A stretch of DNA of 64,000 bases, taken from positions 62,001 through 126,000 of the forward strand of contig RSEE01000021.1 in NCBI GenBank assembly GCA_003971905.1, read 5' to 3'. A model generated the notes under the pieces. It made no database searches. It was not told the origin of the DNA and worked only from the letters and a program-made list of their open reading frames with translations. The position numbers and the translations under genes are program-made. Positions 26,977-38,681 of this stretch are shown piece after piece; the stretch's first letter is position 1; the number at the start of each line of letters is the position of its first letter. This DNA is from Moniliella sp. 'wahieum'. Lineage: Eukaryota.

Positions 26977-27366
26977 CGTCGCATCCGTCGCCGTCGTCGC
27001 CGTCCTCGGCCTGCGCATCGCCAAGTCGAGGAGGCGTGGAGGGGGCCAAATAAAGCATGGCCGTCATCGATCATCAGGCAGCAGCCCAGCAGCAGCCATT
27101 AACCATTGATTAATTAATGATTGCCACATCTCAGAGACAGACACACGACGATCACGGTGGGACGTAGCCGTCACCGGTCGCCCCGCCCGGAATTGGAGGC
27201 TCGGAGGGAGCAGGGCGGAATGGGTGTGGCGCGCGTGTGCGGAAGCACGGAAGGCAGCCGAAGGCCGCCACGCCAAAACCCAACGCATTGAATGTGGCGG
27301 CGGGGCAGCCGCTTGCTTGCCTGCTTGCTTGCTTGCTTCGCGTCGCGGCCCTCCCCACCACCAGCC

Positions 27367-28944
27367 ATGTCGGCCCCCATCTTTGCCGCCGAGGCCACCG
27401 AGGAGCGAGCTGAGAATGCGCGTCTGTCCAGCTTTGTTGGTGCCACGGCGCTGGGTGACCTGGTCAAGACGACCCTGGGCCCCAAGGGCATGAACAAGAT
27501 GCTGCAGTCCATCAGCTCCAACAACAACAACGACATTGTCGTCACCAATGACGGTGCCACCATCCTCCGTTCCATCCACATCGACAATGCCGCCGCCAAG
27601 ATCCTCGTCAACATCTCCAAGGTCCAGGACGACGAAGTGGGCGATGGCACGACGTCGGTGTGTGTGCTGGCTTCCGAACTGCTACGTGAGGCGGAACGTC
27701 TGGTGGAGCGCCGCATCCACCCGCAAACCATTGTTGATGGCTACCGTATCGCATCTAAGGCCGCCCTGGCCAGCCTGGACGCTCAAGCGCAGGACCATGC
27801 CAGTGACCAGGCTCTGTTCCGCCGGGACCTGCTCAACATTGCCCGCACAACGCTCAGCAGCAAGGTCCTGGCCGATGACCAGGATTACTTTGCCAAGTTG
27901 GCGGTTGAAGCGGTGCTGCGCCTCAAAGGCTCGACCAACTTGGAACACATCCAAATCATTAAAAAGGTCGGTGGCAAGCTCACCGACAGCTTCCTCTCCG
28001 ATGGGTTTATCCTGGATAAGAAGATGGCGCCTGGTGGACCCAAGGTGCTGCACGATGCCAACATTTTGATTGCCAACACCAGCATGGACACCGACAAGAT
28101 CAAGGTGTTTGGTGCCCGGGTGCGGGTGGAAGGTACGGCGAAGCTGGCCGAGCTGGAACGAGCGGAGAGGGACAAGATGCGCGCCAAGGTGGACCGGATC
28201 AAGGCGCACGGGATCAACTGTTTTGTCAATCGTCAACTCATCTACAACTACCCCGAGTCGCTTCTGTCGGAGGCGGGTGTGATGAGCATCGAACACGCCG
28301 ACTTTGAAGGCGTGGAGCGTCTGGCGCTCGTCACAGGAGGCGAGATTGCATCGACGTTTGACCGTCCTGACCTGGTCCGCCTGGGCCACTGCAAGACCAT
28401 TGAGGAGATTATGATTGGGGAGGACAAGCTGATTCGGTTTTCGGGTGTGGCTGCAGGCGAGGCGTGCACTGTGGTCTTGCGTGGCGCGACGACGCAGATG
28501 GTGGACGAGGCGGAACGGTCGCTGCACGACGCCCTCTCGGTTCTGTCCCAGACGGTGCAGGAGACGAGGATCGTATATGGCGGGGTGTGCCGAGATGGAA
28601 ATGTCGGGCGCGGTGGACGAAGCGGCGGTGCGGGTGGAGGGAAAGAAGGCATTGGCAGCGGAAGCGTTTGCGCGTGCGTTGCGCCAACTGCCAACCATCT
28701 TGGCGGACAATGCTGGGCTAGATCGGCGGACCTGGTGGCGCGGTTGCGTGCGGCCCATGCGGCGGGGACTCGACGGCAGGGCTGGACCTGGACCACGGAG
28801 TGGTGGCGAGCATGGTGGAGCGCGGGACGACGAGTCACACAAGCTCAAGCGTCTGGTCGTCAGCTCGCGTCCGAGGCAGCAGAGATGGTGTTGCGCGTGG
28901 ACGACATTCTCAAGGCGGCGCCCCGCCAGAGGGACGCGCACTAA
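27367..28944 (+). CDS. CCT2: T-complex protein 1 subunit beta (CCT2)
   Basis: [82 protein letters not shown]; indels in the 3' part. Confidence 0.97.
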   Translation: MSAPIFAAEATEERAENARLSSFVGATALGDLVKTTLGPKGMNKMLQSISSNNNNDIVVTNDGATILRSIHIDNAAAKILVNISKVQDDEVGDGTTSVCVLASELLREAERLVERRIHPQTIVDGYRIASKAALASLDAQAQDHASDQALFRRDLLNIARTTLSSKVLADDQDYFAKLAVEAVLRLKGSTNLEHIQIIKKVGGKLTDSFLSDGFILDKKMAPGGPKVLHDANILIANTSMDTDKIKVFGARVRVEGTAKLAELERAERDKMRAKVDRIKAHGINCFVNRQLIYNYPESLLSEAGVMSIEHADFEGVERLALVTGGEIASTFDRPDLVRLGHCKTIEEIMIGEDKLIRFSGVAAGEACTVVLRGATTQMVDEAERSLHDALSVLSQTVQETRIVYGGVCRDGNVGRGGRSGGAGGGKEGIGSGSVCACVAPTANHLGGQCWARSADLVARLRAAHAAGTRRQGWTWTTEWWRAWWSAGRRVTQAQASGRQLASEAAEMVLRVDDILKAAPRQRDAH

Positions 28945-29421
28945 GGAGCGGGTTGTGGCGAATGATGATGCTGTGGCGATGTAGCAGAGGGCTGGAAGGT
29001 GGGGTATGATGTATGAGGATGTAGCCTATGGGGTTCCCACGTTCCCATGTCAGCGCCAGCGCGAATCCAAACGACATGGCGGCTACAACGCGTCCACGCG
29101 TCTAAGGTCAAAGGCCAGCCAAAAGGCCGCGCTTCGGACGCACATCACGTGACGCAGCCGAAGACTCGCCCATGGTGTCTGGATGGGCGACGAGCGATCG
29201 GCAGCTGCGATGATCATCGATCATCCTTGCTGTCTGCGCTGCTGTGCCTGAGCGCTTAAAGCCGAAAGCTTAACCACACCTCAGACAGCATCGATCAGGT
29301 CGATCAGGTCCAATCTCAGCCACTCGTCGGAGCTGCGTCGTATCTTGCGCGCTCTTTGTCCACCATCTTCCTGTGCGCTGCTCCGCCCGCCTCCATCCCC
29401 CCCCCTCGCCGGCCGCGCTGC

Positions 29422-31309
29422 ATGCCCCCCGCTCTGACGCGGCCCAGGCTCCGTCGGCCGCACCAGTGGATCTCTTTGTCGACACGCGCGACGCCCGCAT
29501 TGTTGAGGACGAGCCGGAGGATGTTGTGCATGACGCGCCCCACGACCGCCACTCCTGTCCGACCACAGCAAGACCGATGAGGCCCGGTCCCATCCGCCAC
29601 CTCTGTCTTCCGCTAGCCGCGATGGACGCGACATTTACCTGCCGTACCACGTTGAAAACGTCTCGCACATTGCCATTGACATTGGCGGCTCGCTGGCCAA
29701 AGGGTGTACTTTACCTCTTCCGCCCGCTCCGCTGCGTCCCATCCTATCCTCTCCCCGCCCGGATCCAGTACGCCCGCCAGCCACCGTTCCCTTCTGCCCT
29801 CGCCTTCGGGCAGCCGCCAGCCCAGTCCGCCACGGGGCTCCGTGCCATCCTGTGGCGTCGTGAGCCGCCGCACCCGAGGGGCGTGACGGCCCTGCCCGCT
29901 GAGACGCACCGGATCATGTGTCCTGCCCGCTGCTCACCCAAGCGACGTCGATGGACGTGCGGCTGTTGCGGCGGCGAAGTCTACCGCGCCGCTACCGGGC
30001 GGCCGGCTGAACTTTATCAAGTTTGAGACGGACAAGATGGACGAGTGTATTGGGTTTCTGGGCGAGCTGATTGAGCGTTCGGCGGAGGCGCATGGGATTT
30101 CAGGTCGAGGAGATGGGCATGGGCGTTCGCCTCATGGCCACGGGCGGGGCGCGCATAAGTTTGAGCGTCGGTTGCAAGATCGCTTGGGGGTCCAAGTGTG
30201 CAAGGCGGACGAGATGGCGTGCCTGATCACCGGGTTCAACTTTATTACACTCATCCCGAATGAAGTGTATTGGTACTCGGACCAACTCGTCTCGGCTCTC
30301 CATGCACCGCACCCTACCCCCTTCCTGGTAGGACGCCGGAACAAGGGCAAAACCAATACCAATACCAAGAACAAGAACAAGACCAAGACCCTCCCTCTGG
30401 CTCGCTCGAAACCAAGCCAGCGTCGGCACCCTCTGTCGGGGCGGAAGAAGAAGAAGGGTTACCAAGGCCGTCTGCCAACCCACCACTGTACAAGCCTGTG
30501 TTTGATGCCCATCCTTCGCCCAAGTTGCCCTGCTTGCTGGTGAACATTGGCTCGGGCGTGAGCCTGATCAAAGTCGACGACCATGGCCGATTTGAGCGCG
30601 TGTCGGGCACTTCGCTAGGTGGCGGTACGCTCTGGGGCCTTCTCAGTCTCCTTACCGATGCCAACGACTTTGATGAGATGCTAGCGCTGTCGGAAACGGG
30701 GGAGAACGCCAATGTGGACATGATGGTGGGTGATATTTATGGAACTGTGGGATACAATGCTTTTGGGCTCAAGTCGAGCACCATTGCCTCGTCGTTTGGC
30801 AACGTGTTTCGTAAGGACCCGATGGTTCGAACGCCTCGGCAGCCGACGGGTCGACGAGCAGGGCAGAACGCAGGCGAAGAAAGTTTGCCCAGCAGGACAT
30901 TTGCCGCTCACTGCTGTACGCCGTGTCCAACAACATTGGCCAGATTGCGTATGTCCCACCTCTGCCTCTGCATTCGCCTCTGCATCTGCTTGCTTCTAGT
31001 CCACATACTAACCCGAGGAACGATTCCTGAGCAGGTACATGAATGCAGAAAAATACCAGCTGGACCGGATCTACTTTAGCGGGTACTTTATTCCGCGGAC
31101 ACATGAGCACCATCTCGACCTTGTCGTACGCGATCCGCTTCTGGTCCAAGGGCACCAAACGTGCCCTCTTCCTCCGCCACGAGGGGTACTTGGGCGCGGT
31201 GGGCGCTTGGATCGCCAAGCAACCGCCACACTCACCGCCACCGCCACCGCACTCGCCCGCCTTCCAGCCTACTGATACCAACCTTACCCACCTCGCCCGG
31301 CCGAGTTGA
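29422..31309 (+). CDS. CAB1: Pantothenate kinase (type II, eukaryotic)
   Basis: HIAIDIGGSLAK, GRLNFIKFET, MATGGGAHKF, DEMACLITG, LLVNIGSGVS, RVSGTSLGGGTLWGLL, VDMMVGDIYG, YAVSNNIGQIA, LSYAIRFWSKG..ALFLRHEGYLGAVGAW; intron at about 30949-31034. Confidence 0.93.
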
Positions 31310-31410
31310 GCCTGGCTGTTGCGCCCTGGTGCGCACGACGGTTTCCCTGCAGGCTGGGCCAAGCGCCGTGCGGGTGTCGGCGGTCTGAGACCACAGCGGG
31401 CCTACGTGAA

Positions 31411-31494
31411 CGGAAGGGGGGAAGGAGGAAGGGAGGGAGGAGGGAGGAAGGGAGGAGGGAGGAGGAGGGAAGGAAGGAGGAAGGAGAGGGGGGG
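31411..31494. repeat. Pure purine (G/A) low-complexity tract
   Basis: About 80 nt of GGA/GGAA/GGGA units between converging CAB1 and golgin-like 3' ends. Confidence 0.8.
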
Positions 31495-32073
31495 TACATG
31501 GACCCCAGGCGCTCGCTTCCTTGCTGAGGCGGCCTGAGACTCAGTTTGACCGATCCACGAGCGTCCGAGGGGAAGCATTATGATGCGCCCTGTTGCTATC
31601 AGACAACGGCGAGCAGCGAGGCGGGTGCGTGGTGACCTGCATAAGAGGTAGATGCCTGCTGCCGCCGTCGACGCGAACGAGACGGGGACAATGTTGGTCG
31701 TTGGATCGGGAGGGAGGCGTTTTGGTCCGTCTGGTGTACCGGCGCACCCAGCGTCGTCTACGGTCTAAGTCTACCTAGCCGAGCCAAGTCTAGCGCGGCT
31801 GTGCACTTGGTAGTTGGTCTCCGTGTCATGGTCCGCCCCTCGTCGTAGAACATGGCGTGGCTCAACATTTTTGATGCGGGGGAGTAGGGGGAGAGGGGGG
31901 GGGGGGGGCGATATCGGGCAAGCAAGTGGGCAACGGTGGTGGGAAGTAGCGCTAGGTGGAGCATTCTGGTCGCCACAGGGCAACCACCGATAAGGAGGTG
32001 AAGGAACGAGGGGGGAGGAAGCGTGAGGTCTGAGAGCGAGGGACCATGGGAACGGGGGAGCGGGGGAGCAAGG

Positions 32074-35000
32074 TTAGACAATGATCAAATCGCCCTTGCA
32101 TGCCAGACAATGGTACACATGGTCTTCGAGTCTCGGCGGCGGCGGCCGGGCCGGGTGGGCCAAATGGACACTGTGTGCTCCGCGTCAGGTTCGCCGGGAG
32201 GGGAGAGGGTGACGGTGGGAACGGGCGCGGGCAAATCCAATGGCGACGAGGGCAACGGCGCTGGTACCGGCTGCGCCGAACCGGATTCCTCACCAATGCG
32301 GGTCCGGAGCATGCTCAAGCTTTCGGCGCGGCGGTGGCGCTGCGCGGGGGGCAGGTCGGCCGGGTTGGTGATGGCGTGCAACCCTGCGTGGGCGGGCGGA
32401 GGGAAGGGCAGCGTCCAACGGCGCCGAGCTCACACGCGCGGAGGTGGTGGCACTGCGACGGTGGTTGCAAGTGGGCATTGTCGGTGGCAGCAGCGGCAGC
32501 AGAGAAGGAGCAGGCGTGACCATCTTCCTCTCTCGCTCGGGCGCCAACGTGGTCTGCACCCGCTCCAACTCAGCGTGAGCCTCGCGCAGCGCAGCCAAAA
32601 GCTCCGTCCGTTCCGGACCATCGGACGGCGCCGCCTTGGCTTCCAGCTCAGCCAGCGGGATTCGGCCTGCTGCTGCGACGCCCGACTTGCTTCGGCGTCG
32701 GTCCTAGCTTGGTCCAAAGCCGCTTGCGCCGCAGCCAATTCGGCCTCAAGGGCGGTTGTGCGATCATCCGTTTCCCCGGGCTGCTCCGAGGAGACAGATG
32801 CGAGACGAGCTTGGGCCAGTGCCTCTGTCAGCTCATCCCGTCCTTTTGGTGAACAGCGGCCTGCTCGGTCAGTTGAAGTTGCAGCTGCTCCACCAGCGCT
32901 TGGGACGCACTGGCCTCGGCCTGGACTTGGGCCAAACGCTCCGCCTCCATCTCACGTTCGCCAGCGTGGGACGAAGCCAGGCTGGCCCACTGTCCTTGGC
33001 CTCGGCAAATTGGGCACGGGCCGTTTCCAAGTCGGATTGCGCCTGTTGCAGGGCAAGATTGGCGGTCTTAGTGGCGGTTTGAGCTTCGGTTAGTTGTTCG
33101 CGCATCTGCGCCAGCTCTGTACCCGCCGCTTGCAGTTGGCCAGCATTTTCAGCGGCAAGCTGATCCAGCTCGCCAATCCGCGTTTCCAGCTCGGATCGGT
33201 GGGAGACCAACTTGTCCATCTCCTGCTTCAGCGCGGCGAGTTGGGCTTGGGAGTGCTCCAAGTCGAGGCCCAGCTGCGTGGTACGGTGGGTCTCGTGGTC
33301 AAGATCGCGCTGGAGGTTGGATCGGTCCGTTTGAGATTGGGCAAGAGAGGCAGCCTGTTCGACCGCTTGGGCAGACGCGGCAACTGCCTCGGCTCGGATG
33401 CGCGTCTCGCTCCTGCTCCAGGGCAGTGGCGTGATCACGGAGCTTGGTCAACTCCTGCTGGACTGCGCGCTCAGCATCCGCCTTGGCTTGGTCCAAGGCA
33501 TGTCCCAAGTCTGGACCATGCGCTGGGCTTCCGCCCGCGCCTCGTCCCGCTCCTTCTCGGCTTGGTGCCGCAACAGCTCGGCATCGGCCGTTTGGGCATC
33601 GGCAGCGACGACCACCTGGCTGGCGCGCAAGTTGGGCCTGCATGTCGGTCACTTGTTCCTCGGAACGCGCCAGACGGAGTTGGAGGTCCTGAACCTGCGT
33701 CTCGAGCTTGGACACTGGAGGAGGATCAGAACCAGCATCCCGGGCACAAGGGACTTCTTTCGACCCCGACCGAGTCGCCATGCCAGGAATCGTCATGGGA
33801 GCGTAGGGCGCGGCGGGCCCCACAGAGGTTGAAGCGCGTGGGTGGGGGGGGAAACTGGGGAAACCAACGTGCATCGGGAACGGGAAGCGCATTTGCCGGA
33901 GCGGCCACAGTACTCGATTGGGAAAGATCGCCAGCACTGGACTCCTTGACAGACAAAGGGGGGGCTCGGACTTGGATGCTGGCTCAGGCGTGGGGAGGGC
34001 AGGCGCTCGGGCTCCGGCCAGTCGTCCCGTTCTCCCTCGCCGCAGGAGTGGGATGGGACAAGAGCTCAGACTCTGAAACGGGCATGAGGGGAGAGGCAAC
34101 CTCATCATGAGTCGATGGCTGGATCTCATCCAAACGAGCGTCGGGCTCGGGTTTCGGTGGCTCGCCAACGGCAACAGTTGTTGGGGCAGGATAGCATGTG
34201 AAGGCTCTGGTACGGTCCCCTTTTCCAGCTGGGGAGGGGAAAGGTCCTGCACCCCATCAGACACAAGCACAGCCGAGATAGATGAGCCGGGACCAACAGT
34301 CTCCACCACCTTTAGGTCCGTGACAGTCGCGGCCGAATCCCAGCGCATCGGATCGGACCGGTCCACAGGCTTTCGATCCACAGCAAACAATTCACTTGCA
34401 TTTCCTAGAGCAGGTGCCTCCCCCGCCGCAGCATCCAGGGGGAACCCCCCTCTTGATTCCCAGAAGCGCCGCCCCCGCGGACCTCGGCAGAAGGTACAGC
34501 GTCCGCGGAAGAACCGAAATTTGGGGTTGCCCCGCGAGATGTTGGGGCCGCCTCTTGTCCACTGACGGATCAGGCGGGGCGAATGGTGCGTCTGCCGCGT
34601 CTACTCCGTTGGGGGTTGCGTCCTCTTCTTCGGAAAGGTCGGATTCTAGTACGGGGGGAAGGCTGTATCCCTCCGTAGGTGGGTCCGGATTCAAGTCAAT
34701 ATGGTGTAGACCTTCGTCCGAAACAGTGTCCGAAGGATAGACGGCATTGACACCGCCTTCAATAGGAGGCAGAGACTCGGCCTGGTCCCCATCGGGTCCA
34801 ACTGGTGCAGGTGTCGTGCCGCTAAGCCCGGGGCTTGTGTCCTCTTCTCCGGAAAGCTCAGATTCTAGTACAGGAGAAAGGCTGTACCCATCCGTAGGTG
34901 GGTCCGGGTTCAAGTCAATATCGTGAAGACCCTCGTCCGAAACAGTGTCCGATGGATAGACGGCATTGACGCCGCCTTCAATAAGGGGCAGAGGCTCGGA

Positions 35001-35827
35001 TCCAACTGGTGCAGCGGCCGTGCCGTTAAGCCCGCGCTGTGTCTCTTCTCCGGAAAGGTCAGACTCTACGGGGGAAAGGCTGCATCCCTCCGTAGGTGGA
35101 GCGGGGTCAAGTCAAGCTCGTGCAAGCCTTCGTCGGGAACGGTGTCCGAAGGGTATACCGCATTGAGGCCCCCTTCAATATGAGCGAGGGGCACCTTCGT
35201 CGGCATCTGACTGAACCGATGCATCAACAGCAGTGGAATCTGTGCCGTTCCTCGCATCGTTAGTACTAAACTCTCCGTGGAACGCACCCGCACCAAAGGA
35301 TCGAGGGACTGGACAGACTGCGCCTGGGCGTATTGGCCCTGCGGCTGACCCAGCCGACTGCCTGGCAGAGACGGCAAAGAGAGCACTCGCATCCCCGGTA
35401 CGCCCCTGCCTGCGCCTGGGGTGGGGGCTGAGCCGTGTCGCTTCCCCCTTGGGCGTGAGCAGCATGGTATGGGTCCGAGTCCGGCTCGGGCTGGGTGATG
35501 GGCGCGGCAAACTGGGCGAGGTCATGGGCGACTTCCTGGGCGATGCCACCAAAGGCGGTGAAGAAACCCGAGACGGCTGGGCCGCTGTGCGGGCGGGCGC
35601 GGCGCAGCCGGCGAGGCAGGGACAGTCGCTGCGCCTGCAGGGGGGGATGCGGTGTGGGCGGCGAGGGGGGCAAGCGGGGTCGATGCTGGCGGCGGGCGCC
35701 GTGGTGGGCGGCAGAGCAGCGGCGGGAGCGTGGACGCGGCGGCGGCGGCCTCGAGGGCGGCCTTGCGGCGCTTGGCGAGCTGCTTCTTGGCGCGGGAGGC
35801 CGCCGCCGCGCGATCGGACGCATCCAT
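32074..35827 (-). CDS. Large coiled-coil protein, golgin (GM130/Bug1)-like architecture
   Basis: N-terminus MDASDRAAAASRAKKQLAKRRK; acidic repeats; long heptad region (LQRDLDHE...LETRIGELDQ); RHRRAESLSMLRTRI; C-terminus DHVYHCLACKGDLIIV-stop. Many indels; family assignment is inference. Confidence 0.6.
34620..35181 (-). repeat. Three diverged internal coding repeats (about 200-220 bp period) in the coiled-coil gene
   Basis: Unit IEGG(V/L)NAVYPSDTV(S/P)DEGLH..DL.P.PPTEG.SL.PV.ESDLS.EE at about 34620, 34840 and 35042. Confidence 0.9.
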
Positions 35828-35914
35828 CGCCTGCATGGGCGGGCAGCGAAGCGAGGGGCGGTGGTGGTGGGGCAGGTGGCTCTGCGGAGCACAGGCGGAA
35901 CCATCCATAACTCC

Positions 35915-35953
35915 GTCACGTGGTGCACGTGACGCGCGGTGCGTGACGCGTGA
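35915..35953. promoter_or_regulatory. Inverted GTCACGTG E-box pair plus ACGCG elements in a ~200-bp divergent promoter
   Basis: gtcacgtg-gtg-cacgtgac followed by gcgcgg..tgacgcgtga, between the golgin-like ATG (35827) and PalI-like ATG (36026). Confidence 0.4.
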
Positions 35954-36025
35954 AGGAGTCTGTCCATGTGACTGTGTGGCGCGCCGCCGACCAGAAGGCA
36001 GCCACCTCCATCCGCCTCCTCGTGT

Positions 36026-37408
36026 ATGCCAACGGCGCGGCTTCCCTCGCTGGCGGCGGCGCTCCTCCTGCTGGCCGTGTGCGTGGTCGAGGTGCTGATC
36101 AGCGTCGGCGTGCCCGTCTGGAAGAGCGTCTACTTGGCCCGTCTCGCCGCGCCCCAGTCCACCCCCGTCGACGTGGGCATCTGGGGCCTGTGCACCGCCC
36201 ATCGCCACTGCACCAACGCTACCGTCGGCCTGGTCTGGGACCCGAGCCAGCTCGACTCGGCCCCCGCGCCTGCGGGCAATGTGCTGCTCAAGGGTCTGAC
36301 CGGTGCGCTGCTTCTCCATCCCATCGCCGCCGCCGCCGCTGCGATGGAAGCGCTGTTCGCTCTCGTCGCCGCCTTGCGCCCCCGCGGCCCAAGGCGCTGT
36401 GGGGCAGTGTGGTCGGTGCCTTCTTCTCCTGCGCCGTTACGCTCGCCGCCTTGGCTGTCACACTCGCCGTCGTTCTCTTGGCCCGGGCCCGTACATGGGG
36501 ACCGTGTCCTTTGGTCCGGCGCTGTGGATGTCTGGGGGCATCAGCGGGGGCGGTGCTGGCGGTCCTAGTAGCCGTGTGGGCCGCCGGGATCGGGTCTCTG
36601 CCCACTTCGTCCGAGTACGCTTCGCCGCCCTACCCTTACCCCACCGCCTCGGCTGCCGACCGTAAATGGTCCGACCCTTCAGTGCTCGTTACCAAAGACG
36701 GCGACGACGGGCAAGCGATGGCCTACTTTGCCCAGAGCGCCGACCCTGTGGCTGCGACCCCACTCGCGCACCCAGCTCAATCCAGAGGGCAATCGCGAGG
36801 AGCAGGGGTACGCGTATGACCCAACAAGCTACGCCACCTATCCCCAGTCCTACGAGCCCTACTATCCTACCTCAGCCGCACCGGCATCGGCCCCGGCGTC
36901 TGGGACGCACCTGGCTACACGCACCAGACCGAGGGCTCGTGGGGGGACCAGTACCCCACTGGCCGGTCTGTATCTGGAGCGCGGTACCTCGCTGACCATC
37001 CCCTGGCTGGGCAAGCTTACCCTGCGCACGATCCAACACAGACCGGTACGGGGTCTGTAGCCACCTCGGCTCCTGAGGCGGTGCCTTCTAGTGGGGCTGT
37101 GGCGGTGCAGTATGGTGTGGCCTATGGAGATCCGACCGAAGGCGATCCCGCCCGCCTCACCAGCGGTGCAAACGGGTACGAGGCCTACGATCCAGCCTAC
37201 GATCCAACCCGCACTGCGCCGCTCCACACGCTCGCGAGCTTCTCCCTTAACCCGCCGGGGGAAGGCAACCCTCCACTGCAGGATGGCTACATCCATGCAG
37301 GAGGATAACATGCCGACACCGTACTACGCGCTGTACCAGCCAGCCGTGCCTGACTCTTCGTCCCGCGCTGACGATACGGGGACGCAGCCGATGCCTTCTT
37401 TACGGTAA
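36026..37408 (+). CDS. PalI/Rim9 (SUR7/PalI family) membrane protein with a Pro/Tyr-rich cytoplasmic tail
   Basis: N-terminal TM with LISVGVPVWKSVYL, claudin-like GIWGLC...C, LTGALLLHPIAAA, further hydrophobic helices, (S)FGPALWM; end approximate. Confidence 0.75.
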
Positions 37409-38049
37409 ATGTCGGCACACAGCCGAGCTAGCGCCCCGGCCCCAATCTTTATCCGTTACGACCCTGTTGACGCCTCACAAGAAGTTATTACTACCCGGCC
37501 TGAAGGTATCTCTGATCGCTCCCTCTTTTCTGTTCTGATTTGCACCGCCCGCGCCTGTGATGGCTTGATGTCCATCAGCTTCTGTACAATTCGTGTATTG
37601 TCATCTTGCCTCGTTCTGTTCCATCTGCTTTGATCTACGCTTAGGGCAGGTTTCTACTAGCCTCCCACGACTCTTGCTTCCATGGAAAGCCCCGACCCAA
37701 CCAGCCTTGCGCGCACGCCAGGCATGCCTGTGTTTCCTGCCAGCCTGATCCGGATCCTTCTCCCATCTCAGTCCCTCGCTTTCTGGTGGCAGGCCAAGAC
37801 AGACAAGATAGGAAGATGGATGTGCCAGCTATAGCGTGCAAGGGGTAGTACAGCCAACGTGAAGCAGGTCGCACCACCCAGCACCCGGCCCAGCCAACCT
37901 GAGACTTCCCATGCCCACTACCCACCGTCCACTGCCCACTGTCCACCGCCGGCCCCGTCCCTCGTAGCGCAATAACCATGGCAATGCTCGCCCCCTCCCC
38001 CCACATACGCAAGCCCAGTCTAGCCGGCACAGCAGGAGAGATGAGCAGT

Positions 38050-38402
38050 CTATGCGCCGCCGCTGCCGGCCACGCAACCCCACAGCGTGTCAGGGTCTAG
38101 CTCCGACACACACAAGAAGGATGCGCGCACGTACACAAGGATGTTGTTGATAGGGATGTGGATGAGCTTGACAAAGTAGCCAATGAAGCCCATCACGACA
38201 AAGCCCACGCCGACGGCGCGGCAGATCTGCAAGTACTCTGCAGGGCGGCGTGAGTACCGCGAGCAGACGGAGGGGAGGGGAGGAGAGGGGAGGGAGGGAG
38301 AACGTACCCTGCTCGTTGGGCTTCTTGCCGGTTCATGAACTGGGTGCCCTCCTTGACAAACTGCTTGGTGTCGTTGATGGTCTCCTGCATGGGGTTGGCC
38401 AT
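38050..38402 (-). CDS. SSS1: Sec61 translocon gamma subunit
   Basis: KQFVKEGTQFMNR(C)KKP, EYLQICRAVGVGFVVMGFIGYFVKLIHIPINNILV|GGA-stop; two introns. Confidence 0.95.
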
Positions 38403-38681
38403 GGTGGTGGTGGGGAGAGGCGAGGCGGCAAAGGCGCAACGTGGCGCGCCGAGGCGAGAAGAACGGAGCTGGAATCCGCGTCGAGTCGAGTCGAGTAGTG
38501 GGGGAGTCTCGACGGGTCACGCGGTCACGCTTGGGGTTCTGAAACGTTGCCGTTCGTTGCCTTGGCTTTTTTCGCGTTCGCGTTTCCGGGCGCCACCGAC
38601 GGCTTTGGATTCAACATTCACCAACACCAACCAACAGTCCCCCCGCCGCGCCTCTCCTCCATCCCGCCCGGCTTGTGCGCC

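Noticed and set aside
23901..28941. Long antisense ORFs (e.g. 23901-25187 upstream part, 27682-28941, and 32023-34110 on +)
   Set aside because: These are shadow frames of GC3-rich genes on the opposite strand.
27367..31309. Programmed frameshifting or mass pseudogenisation in CCT2, CAB1 and others
   Set aside because: The indels are scattered, lack a common slippery motif and hit essential genes; sequencing error is far more likely.
34620..35181. CRISPR-like repeat-spacer array (also considered for 62185-62380)
   Set aside because: Eukaryotic context; the units are diverged coding tandem repeats without unique spacers or cas genes.
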